DNA of 64,000 nt, taken from the IMG/VR virus record IMGVR_UViG_3300020469_000008, positions 1-64,000 of that record. One strand, written 5' to 3'. A program made the translations under genes and the position numbers. Shown here piece by piece: positions 56,238 to 64,000 of the stretch (position 1 is its first letter; each line of letters begins with the position of its first letter). This stretch comes from a virus. Its lineage: Duplodnaviria; Caudoviricetes. A model generated the notes under the pieces. That model made no database searches. It saw nothing but the letters and a program-made list of their open reading frames with translations, and had not been told where the DNA came from.

Positions 56238-56641
56238 AAATAGATAAAGATAGATTACGTAGAATTATAAGTGAAAGTATTGATGAAAATATGGGCACTG
56301 CGATGAAAATTAAAACAGATTTACTTTCAACTTATGATCGTTCGTATGTTTCACAAGCATATGAGCTGTGTGATGCATTAGGACTTGATTTTGCACAAAT
56401 GGTGAGAGAAATGTTAAGTCAAAAGATTGATAGTATAGATTTTCAGAATCACGTTCATGAATGGGTTAACGAGTTACTAGCAATTTTTCATACTGGTAAG
56501 GAAAACGACTTTTACATTGAAGATGAAAAATTCGAATCAGATGTTCAAATGGATTTTGCATTTAAAACTATCGCTGATATAACTAAAAATCTTGAAGATT
56601 ATTATGTCAATTTATTTGTAGCGATAGGTCAAGGTCGATAA
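56234..56641 (+). CDS. Putative internal head (cargo) protein with shared leader
   Basis: ATGA overlap; MKIDKDRLRRIISESIDE. Confidence 0.65.
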   Translation: MKIDKDRLRRIISESIDENMGTAMKIKTDLLSTYDRSYVSQAYELCDALGLDFAQMVREMLSQKIDSIDFQNHVHEWVNELLAIFHTGKENDFYIEDEKFESDVQMDFAFKTIADITKNLEDYYVNLFVAIGQGR

Positions 56642-56743
56642 AATAAACTAGAAAACTAGTTTTAAAGAAGATATATGTAATTGGTCCGTAAAGTTGTAGT
56701 TGAGTTAGCCTATATATTAATAGATACATAACGAGGTAATGAC

Positions 56744-57895
56744 GTGGCTATATTTGCGAACACAATATCCCCAACACCATTTGGCATATACGATAATGAG
56801 AACGATTTTCAGACTGATGCTAACAATATGGTCACATTTGTTAAGAGAAAACTAGGTGATGATGTTTTATCAGTTGAGCTAACAAAGAAGCAGATATGGG
56901 GTAACTTTGAGGAAGCAACACTAGAATATAGTGCAATTTTAAATCAGTACCAAGCAAAATCCCAGCTAGTCAATTTTTTAGGATTTGCCACTGGCAGTAT
57001 TATGAGTGGCAGCGAAGAAAAATATATTCGTGAAAACTTAGAATTTTTAAATCGATTCGCTGAACCCTATGCGATGGAAGCAGGTATCGGGGGCTCCTAT
57101 AACTCCTTATCCGGATCGATTCAACTTGAAGTTGGTCGTCAAGATTATAATCTATATACAGAGTTAAGTGGTGCAAACGGCGGTCTTTTTGATAATACAA
57201 AAGGGAAACTAAAGATTGATGAAGTTTTCCATTACAACCCCCAGGCAGCTTATAGATTTTTTGATACGACATCAGCGATAAACTATTTAAATAATGAGTT
57301 TAGTTTTGAATCATTTACACCTGAGACTGTTTTTTATATTTTGCCTGTCTATGAAGACTTGTTAAGAGGCGGCCAACTGGACCTTTCAAATCGTGTAAGG
57401 CGATCTAATTTTTCATACAAAATTATGGGTACAAATTTTAGAGTATTTCCGATACCTACGAGTGGAAAAAAACTATTCTTTAGAATAAGACAATATCCAG
57501 ACCCAACACAACCTTCTTACCGTGATGATACAATTCATGGCGTTTCAAACATGAATAATCTACCTTTTGGTAATGTGCAATACAACCGTATCAACAGTAT
57601 AGGTCGACAGTGGATCAGAAGTTACACTCTAGCTATTTCAATGGAACAACTAGGTTATATTAGGGGTAAGTTTGGAAGTATTCCTGTGCCTAATTCTGAT
57701 GTTACTTTAAATAGTTCTGACTTAATTAGTAACGGTAGAACAGATCGCGATGCGCTCAAAGAAAAGTTGAGAGAATTATTAGATTCTATGACTTACGACA
57801 AATTGATGGAGATACAATCGACAAGAGCTGAGCAGATTCAAAAACAATTAAAATATGTACCGGTACCAAACGGTAAAGCAATCTTTCTAGGATAA
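56744..57895 (+). CDS. Neck/adaptor protein, T4 gp13-like
   Basis: FVKRKLGDDVLSVELTKKQI resembles the gp13 N-terminus; GTG start with GAGG SD; position before gp14/gp15-like genes. Confidence 0.75.
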   Translation: MAIFANTISPTPFGIYDNENDFQTDANNMVTFVKRKLGDDVLSVELTKKQIWGNFEEATLEYSAILNQYQAKSQLVNFLGFATGSIMSGSEEKYIRENLEFLNRFAEPYAMEAGIGGSYNSLSGSIQLEVGRQDYNLYTELSGANGGLFDNTKGKLKIDEVFHYNPQAAYRFFDTTSAINYLNNEFSFESFTPETVFYILPVYEDLLRGGQLDLSNRVRRSNFSYKIMGTNFRVFPIPTSGKKLFFRIRQYPDPTQPSYRDDTIHGVSNMNNLPFGNVQYNRINSIGRQWIRSYTLAISMEQLGYIRGKFGSIPVPNSDVTLNSSDLISNGRTDRDALKEKLRELLDSMTYDKLMEIQSTRAEQIQKQLKYVPVPNGKAIFLG

Positions 57896-57899
57896 TACA

Positions 57900-58562
57900 A
57901 TGGCTCGATTATTTATAACACCCAGAGAAATGAACTTTATTAATGACATTGCAAAAGAAGTTATTAAAGATGTTGTGGGTCAAAAAATCTATCTTTTTCA
58001 AATATCTGAAGTTAAATCAAAAGTACATGATGTATATGAGGAAAGCCCAGATAAAGTTTTTGAATCACCAATTGAACTTGATTGCTTAGTAAAATACAAT
58101 GCACAAGAAATTAAAACTGATAGGTTTGGATCCGAAGAATACTATACAATTGAAGCTTATATTCAATCACGTGATTTGCTTGATAAGGGGATAGAAATAC
58201 TCGAAGGTGATTTCTTTTCTTACGGTAGTACATTCTTTGAAATTATTAAAGCACCTTTAACACAAACGATATTTGGTCAAATAGAACATAAAAGATTTAT
58301 AACGATATCCGGAAGACAATCCAGGAAAGAACAGTTTCTGTCTAAAGTATTTGGGCCAACGTCAGAAGAATATTTAGACAGTGATGCTGTTCAAGATACA
58401 TTTGTTCAACAGCGAGGATTTTCAGAAAACAAGCTTGGAAAAACAGGCGATGTAAGAGACTTGCAAAAGAACGGTGTGCTTGACTCACCGATAACCGGTC
58501 CAAAAGAAGTGTCTTCTAAGGGTGATACTACAGATGCAGGATCTTCTTTTTATGACGAGTAA
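57900..58562 (+). CDS. Head closure/neck protein, T4 gp14-like
   Basis: EVIKDVVGQKIYLF...VYEE...EGDFFSYG...FEI pattern and synteny. Confidence 0.65.
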   Translation: MARLFITPREMNFINDIAKEVIKDVVGQKIYLFQISEVKSKVHDVYEESPDKVFESPIELDCLVKYNAQEIKTDRFGSEEYYTIEAYIQSRDLLDKGIEILEGDFFSYGSTFFEIIKAPLTQTIFGQIEHKRFITISGRQSRKEQFLSKVFGPTSEEYLDSDAVQDTFVQQRGFSENKLGKTGDVRDLQKNGVLDSPITGPKEVSSKGDTTDAGSSFYDE

Positions 58563-58565
58563 AAT

Positions 58566-59768
58566 ATGAGTAAAAAACAAATAGACCCTAAGCGAGTTAT
58601 TATAAAAGATTTTGATGGTAACAATGTACCTGAAGATTTTGATTTTCCATCAATTGGTATAGAAAATATTGATAGAGCTGTCTTTGACTTGTTTAACGAT
58701 GTACTTAGATTTCAGGTGACTAGTAAAGGCGTTGCAAAAAATGTACCAGTTATATTTGCTACTGGTGAAAGATTTGCACTCACTAGAAGAAAAAACCCAA
58801 TTAGAGACCGAAATAATACAAATATTTTACCCTTGATATCAATTGTTCGTGAAAATATTGACATTGGTGCAAGTCAAGGTGGAAAAGGTACAGCAATATC
58901 GTTTAGAGCACAACCAAATTATGTTGTTAAAAAGAAGCTTTCATCAAAAGATCGACAGTTTCAGAACTTATTAAACAAACAAGGTTTAAAAAATCAAGAT
59001 AATGTGGCAACAAACCAAAATTTTGTTGATACTGGTAACTCATTAATAGCACAACCTGGAAAGAAAGCAACAAGGCGCGAGAAAAATAATCTTAGTTTTT
59101 CTAAAGGTGCACAAATTAATTTAAAACCAGAAATTAACACGAACATATATGAAATCATACAAGTACCTTATCCTTACTTTGTAGCATTAAGTTATAATAT
59201 TACATTTTGGTGCCAATATATGCAACAAGGCAATCAGATGATTGAATATTTGTTAAATAAAATAGATGTGCCAGGCGGCGAATTTGCAATGCAAACAAAA
59301 GAAGGGTTTGAATTGGTCGCTTTTATTGGTGATAATATAACATTTAATAATAATTTTGACAGCATGTCTGACGATGAAAGAATTATTAAATACAACTTTT
59401 CATTAACAGTCCCGGGCTATATCTTAAATTCAAAACTTCCGGGATTGGCAAATCAAATGAGAAGTTACACGTCTGCACCAATGATCGATTTTTCATACAA
59501 CAGTGTAAATGCAAAGGTTTCATTAGATTTTCAACCAGACTCTGAACAACAAGAATTAGAAAAACATGTTTTATCTGACGTCACAAATAAAGAAGAAAGT
59601 GAATTAAGACGTGGTGAAAGCAACGAAACAATAGAAGCTTTTGTTACTAACCCTTTTTCTAATGAAGATGACACAGAATTTTTAAGAATAACTAATTCTA
59701 ACAAACGTACAGGTGAAACTGTTGTTTCAGCAAGAATTATAAAGGAAATTGATCGTCAATACGAATAA
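58566..59768 (+). CDS. Tail terminator/sheath stabiliser, T4 gp15-like
   Basis: VPVIFATGERF...LPLISI...PYPYFVALSYNITFWCQYMQQGNQMIE pattern and synteny. Confidence 0.7.
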   Translation: MSKKQIDPKRVIIKDFDGNNVPEDFDFPSIGIENIDRAVFDLFNDVLRFQVTSKGVAKNVPVIFATGERFALTRRKNPIRDRNNTNILPLISIVRENIDIGASQGGKGTAISFRAQPNYVVKKKLSSKDRQFQNLLNKQGLKNQDNVATNQNFVDTGNSLIAQPGKKATRREKNNLSFSKGAQINLKPEINTNIYEIIQVPYPYFVALSYNITFWCQYMQQGNQMIEYLLNKIDVPGGEFAMQTKEGFELVAFIGDNITFNNNFDSMSDDERIIKYNFSLTVPGYILNSKLPGLANQMRSYTSAPMIDFSYNSVNAKVSLDFQPDSEQQELEKHVLSDVTNKEESELRRGESNETIEAFVTNPFSNEDDTEFLRITNSNKRTGETVVSARIIKEIDRQYE

Positions 59769-59828
59769 TTAAAATAGGATATTACAAGTACAAATGAATA
59801 CTTATATTGGTAAGTTTAGGAGAGATTA

Positions 59829-62800
59829 ATGGCAGAGCAAACATTTAGATCTCCGGGTTTTTTCGAACGTGAGATTGATTTAACTCAGAGAACAGTAGAA
59901 ATCGAAGGTGTACCTGCAGGGATTATTGGGACTGCCGCCCAAGGTCCAGCATTTGTTCCTGTCACACTAGGATCATTTGTTGATTTTGAAAGGAAATTCG
60001 GTTCACTTGATAAAGATAAGTTTGGACCGTACGCGGTAAGAGAATGGTTAAAAAATAGGACAGCTGTCACTTACATCAGAGTTTTAGGTGCTGGTGCTGC
60101 AAATTCAACAGGCGATATTAACAATACGCTTACAAAAGGAATTGTGAAGAATGCTGGTTTTTTAATAAAAGGTACAAAGGTCAATTCAAGAGACGGAACA
60201 GACGCGCGTCACGAGGGCAGTATACAATTTATTGTTGCTTCTCACGATGTTAACGAAAACGAAGTTGCGGGTTATCCTTTATTCACTGATAGTGATTCTT
60301 TTGATACATCAACATCAATAAGAATAGTAAGAGGTATGCTTTTCACAGCAACCGGATCCAGATTTCAAGTTTTGGATCACGACAAATTCTACAGCGCTGT
60401 AAACGCATCTGATGATTTAGCAAAAATTAAACAATACGCAGGTGTTACAACTGACGGTACTTTTAAACTGGTTTTGTCAAGTGCTATTGGTGCTAATTTT
60501 GGTAATGACGAAGGAAATGCAGGAATCAGAATATATACAGCCTCATTAAATCCTACTAGTAATCATTACGTTGGTAAGTTTTTAAATAAAAATCCAGATA
60601 AGTTTGGATCACAGCAACATTTGTTTTATGCAGACTTTGCTGTAGAAGATGAGCTAGCACGTGTTACATACAATGCGTCAAAAGGAACAGTGGGTATTGT
60701 ATCCGGGTCTGCACGAACAAGCGGAAATAGTGGCGATTCGGCCTTGAGCTTTAGAGACGCTTTTGGTAGATTTGATACGCGATACAAAACAGCAAGAACT
60801 ACATCATTTATTTCGCAGCCTTACGGCCTTAGAGAATATGACTTGTTTCATTTTGAATCACTTGATGATGGTGCTGTAGGTAACAAAAGAGTCAAAATAT
60901 CAATTTCAAACATTAAAAGATCTACCAATAAAAGGACAGACTTCGGGTCGTTTACAGTTTTAGTTAGAGATTATAATGATACTGACACAGACATGCGAAT
61001 ACTTGAGCAGTTTCCTCTTTGCACATTAAATCCGAAAGACGAGAACTATGTAGCAAACAAAATTGGTGACATGAAAGTTTTCTACAATTTTGACGCAGAG
61101 ACTGAATCTGAAAGAAGACTTAACGTCGAAGGTAAAAGACCTAACCGGTCTCAGTATGTAAGAATTGTGATGCACAAAGATGTTGAAGAGTTTTTGATTC
61201 CTGAAAACACATTACCTTTTGGCTTTAGAGGTATGCCACTATTAAAAACAAATGATAGTTTGACAGATAGTGACAGCGCACTAGCGGGAGGCTCTAGAAC
61301 AGTTGGTGGTCGTCATAGACTTTCACTATTAACCGGTTCTTCAGGTGTCGCAGGTGAAGACTTAGTACAGTCTATCTTACCACCCGTACCATTTAGATTT
61401 AAAACTACAAGAGGTGCTGTGGCGAGAGCTACAAATCCAGGATTTACCGGTCAACCCGGAGCACTTGAACTTAGCGATAACAGATACTTCTGGGGTGTTA
61501 AGCTCGAAAAATTAGCGCTCACAGGTACTGTTGGTGACGCAATATTACAGTCTAATGCTTCATCAACAAAGAATCCACTTGTAGAAAGTTATAGTAAATT
61601 TTTAGGAATATCAAAGTTAGATACACTACTCACCGGATCAGCCGCTGATGTGTTTAACAATAATAAATTTAGTTTGTCAAAAGTAGCATTATTTAATCAG
61701 ATTGCAACAACATCGACAATTGAAGCTTCTATAGCAAGCGCAATAACAGGTTCAGCAAATGATCATATGAAAGAAGCAGCATACTTAAGAAATGGTGTTA
61801 ATGAAACAAAGAACTATACTATACTCGATGACAATGGAAGTATTCAAAGGGTGACATTTGCAACTCTTGCAGCATCAAGAAACGCTAAATATTTTAATCG
61901 ATTTATAGATTATGCTAAATTTACTAACATAATGTATGGTGGTTTTGACGGTCTAAATATTTTAGATTCTGACAACCGCTTAATGAATGACAGGGCATCA
62001 TCAGTTGACGCTCAAGGGAAAGCAAATAAAAGTAATGGTACATTTACGCACGAAAATCTAAACGCAGTGTCAAGTCCTGGAACTGGAAAAGATAATAACA
62101 TAGTTAATTCATATAGAACTGCAGCAAGAATCATTACTGATCCTTTTGCGTCAAGAGTTAATATTGTGTCAATACCTGGCATTAGAGAACCTTTTGTTAC
62201 AGACTTTGTGTCAGATCTTACACGTGATTATAGTAAAGCGATTTATTTGATGGAATTACCTTCTTATGACGATAATAGTAATCGAATTTACGGTACACAA
62301 AGACCAAGCGTTCGCGAAACTGTTGAAGTTTTTGATGCACGTGCAATTGATAATAGCTATGTAGCGACATACTTTCCAGATGTGGCGTTTAACGATGAAG
62401 TAAACAGACAAATTGTTGATCTGCCGGCTTCGATCGCTGCTTTAAAAGCATTAGGGTATAACGATACTATCGCTTATCCTTGGTTTGCACCTGCAGGATT
62501 TAACAGGGGTGCTTTAGGTAATGTTGTGAATACAAAAGTTAGACTAAATGCAGAAGACAGGAACATTCTTTACGAATCAAGAATTAATCCAATTGCAAAC
62601 TTTCCTAACGGCGGGTTTGTTATTTTTGGTCAAAAGACACTGCAACAAGATAGATCAGCACTGGATAGAGTTAACGTAAGAAGAATGTTACTTGAAGTGA
62701 AAAGAATCGTATCAAACATCGCAAACAACTTAATTTTTGAACAAAACACACCGCAAACTCGTGCAAGATTTGTTGCAGAAGTAACACCACAACTCGCAAC

Positions 62801-62978
62801 AATACAAATTCAGCAAGGTATCGACCAATTTAAAGTTGTTATGGATAGTAGCAACAACACTGATTTAGATATCGAACAGAATAGATTAAATGGTAGAATT
62901 GTTTTAGTTCCGACACGAGCTGTAGAATTTATTGCAATTGATTTCATTATTACGAATTCAGGTGTAAGTTTCGAATAA
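59829..62978 (+). CDS. Contractile tail sheath protein 1, T4 gp18-like
   Basis: N-terminal SPGFFEREIDL...GPAFVP; C-terminal WFAPAGFNRG, RINPI, GQKTL, ALDRVNVRR. Confidence 0.95.
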   Translation: MAEQTFRSPGFFEREIDLTQRTVEIEGVPAGIIGTAAQGPAFVPVTLGSFVDFERKFGSLDKDKFGPYAVREWLKNRTAVTYIRVLGAGAANSTGDINNTLTKGIVKNAGFLIKGTKVNSRDGTDARHEGSIQFIVASHDVNENEVAGYPLFTDSDSFDTSTSIRIVRGMLFTATGSRFQVLDHDKFYSAVNASDDLAKIKQYAGVTTDGTFKLVLSSAIGANFGNDEGNAGIRIYTASLNPTSNHYVGKFLNKNPDKFGSQQHLFYADFAVEDELARVTYNASKGTVGIVSGSARTSGNSGDSALSFRDAFGRFDTRYKTARTTSFISQPYGLREYDLFHFESLDDGAVGNKRVKISISNIKRSTNKRTDFGSFTVLVRDYNDTDTDMRILEQFPLCTLNPKDENYVANKIGDMKVFYNFDAETESERRLNVEGKRPNRSQYVRIVMHKDVEEFLIPENTLPFGFRGMPLLKTNDSLTDSDSALAGGSRTVGGRHRLSLLTGSSGVAGEDLVQSILPPVPFRFKTTRGAVARATNPGFTGQPGALELSDNRYFWGVKLEKLALTGTVGDAILQSNASSTKNPLVESYSKFLGISKLDTLLTGSAADVFNNNKFSLSKVALFNQIATTSTIEASIASAITGSANDHMKEAAYLRNGVNETKNYTILDDNGSIQRVTFATLAASRNAKYFNRFIDYAKFTNIMYGGFDGLNILDSDNRLMNDRASSVDAQGKANKSNGTFTHENLNAVSSPGTGKDNNIVNSYRTAARIITDPFASRVNIVSIPGIREPFVTDFVSDLTRDYSKAIYLMELPSYDDNSNRIYGTQRPSVRETVEVFDARAIDNSYVATYFPDVAFNDEVNRQIVDLPASIAALKALGYNDTIAYPWFAPAGFNRGALGNVVNTKVRLNAEDRNILYESRINPIANFPNGGFVIFGQKTLQQDRSALDRVNVRRMLLEVKRIVSNIANNLIFEQNTPQTRARFVAEVTPQLATIQIQQGIDQFKVVMDSSNNTDLDIEQNRLNGRIVLVPTRAVEFIAIDFIITNSGVSFE

Positions 62979-63000
62979 TTAAGATAAACGGAGAAATTTT

Positions 63001-64000
63001 ATGGCAGAAATAACATTTAAGTCAGCAGGAGTAAAAACTAGAGAAATTGACTTGTCACAACCGTCAAGGTTAGGACCGGTCGGTATTCCTGCAGGTATTA
63101 TTGGAACCGCACTTGAAGGTCCCGCTTTTGTACCACTTACTTTTGCAAATTATAATGATTTCATTACCACATATGGTGCTTCTGATGGTGAAAAATTTGG
63201 ACCTATAGCTGTAAGTCAGTGGCTTAAAAATGCACAAGCTGTGACATACATGAGAGTATTAGGATCCGGTGATGGGAAACAAAGAAATACAAACGGTACT
63301 GTTACAAACGCTGGATTTACAGTTGGAAATAGAATTGTTCAAGAAAGTGGCATAATAGGCGACAATGCACATGCAAAATCTGGTGTTGGTGCTGTTGAAG
63401 GTAGAACTTATTTTCTTGGTTGCTTTATGTCTGAGTCTAATGGCTCGACAATATTTAGTGACGCAGGAATTCAAGTTTCTGGGCAAAATAAAGCAGCACC
63501 TATTTTAAGAGGCGTTCTATTAGCACCAAGTGGTGTAGTTTTACATTTAAGTGCGTCAAGGACTCTAAACGGAAGCCAGGCACCACTTAAAACAAACACT
63601 GCCACATCTGCAGATAATGTAATAGTGGGTAGAGAAGGATCGATTACCGGTTCCTTGAATCTTGCAACGCAAGAGTTTGTTTTATTAATGAACGGATACA
63701 GTAATTCTGATGTTAGCAAAAAGACACATATAACAGCGTCATTTGATATGACATCACCAAATTACTTTGCAAATATTTTAAATACAAATCCTTTTAAAAT
63801 TGAAGAAGAAGGCCACTTACTGTATGGTCATTATGACATATATCCTGATTTAGCATCTGTTACTGGTAGCGGTGCACTAGCTGGAGGTGTTTATTCTAAT
63901 CCAGAAAAAACAAAAGAAGATATTGCATTGTTGTTAACATCATCTTTAGCTAGGAACGTAGGATCATCGACTATACCTAATTACGAAGACTTTGTAGATA
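63001..64000 (+). CDS. Contractile tail sheath protein 2 (3' truncated by window edge)
   Basis: Not in the ORF track because it has no stop in the window; reads MAEITFKSAGVKTREIDLSQ...PAGIIGTALEGPAFVP...QWLKNAQAVTYMRVLG, open to base 64000; GGAG SD. Confidence 0.9.
   Translation, partial: MAEITFKSAGVKTREIDLSQPSRLGPVGIPAGIIGTALEGPAFVPLTFANYNDFITTYGASDGEKFGPIAVSQWLKNAQAVTYMRVLGSGDGKQRNTNGTVTNAGFTVGNRIVQESGIIGDNAHAKSGVGAVEGRTYFLGCFMSESNGSTIFSDAGIQVSGQNKAAPILRGVLLAPSGVVLHLSASRTLNGSQAPLKTNTATSADNVIVGREGSITGSLNLATQEFVLLMNGYSNSDVSKKTHITASFDMTSPNYFANILNTNPFKIEEEGHLLYGHYDIYPDLASVTGSGALAGGVYSNPEKTKEDIALLLTSSLARNVGSSTIPNYEDFVD

Noticed and set aside
56652-56663. AAAACTAGTTTT palindrome before the neck genes
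   Set aside because: Short and AT-rich; expected by chance and too weak for a terminator.
210-63719. Many short minus-strand and alternate-frame ORFs in the ORF track
   Set aside because: They lie wholly inside long plus-strand genes with clear motifs, lack SDs and look like antisense shadows; only 49784..50125 has independent support.
1-64000. Genome-wide stop-codon reassignment
   Set aside because: TAA, TAG and TGA all end genes cleanly (TGA often in ATGA overlaps) and long ORFs are intact in code 11; the TGA at 55824 is a single exception.
1-64000. tRNA, rRNA, CRISPR arrays, IS elements, integrase
   Set aside because: Intergenic gaps are short, and no cloverleaf, spaced repeat array or transposase/integrase motif was seen.
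59829-64000. Extracellular contractile injection system or tailocin rather than phage
   Set aside because: Terminase, portal, protease, capsid, primase and recombination genes show a complete DNA-packaging phage.

Overview
A 64-kb, AT-rich (roughly one-third GC by eye), densely coding segment of a large myovirus-type tailed phage with a T4-like head module; host not determinable. All supported genes but one are on the + strand, in standard genetic code. Order: baseplate/tail-appendage genes (1-27.1 kb; gp6-like wedge, LamG-, reelin-like- and FN3-like-domain proteins, several large ORFs with no recognisable family); RuvC-like resolvase and primase; a PAP2-Fic fusion; an AAA+/VWA-peptidase module with its own promoters; an Mre11-Rad50 (SbcD-SbcC) fusion; terminase, portal, gp21-like prohead protease, scaffold and gp23-like major capsid protein; an accessory island (47.9-56.6 kb); neck/tail-completion genes and two tandem tail sheath genes. 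The most striking signal is a shared N-terminal leader (about MK[IV][TS][RK]xxL[RQ]xLIxE[ES]) on about ten otherwise unrelated proteins. Several of these look like polyproteins punctuated by hydrophobic-x-Glu sites and carry GNAT, zinc-ribbon, HiPIP-like, Cys/His-rich, very basic and very acidic modules. This suggests an expanded capsid cargo-loading and protease-release system (inference). One of these genes has an in-frame TGA in the middle of a continuous reading frame. All family calls come from motif recognition; no database searches were run.
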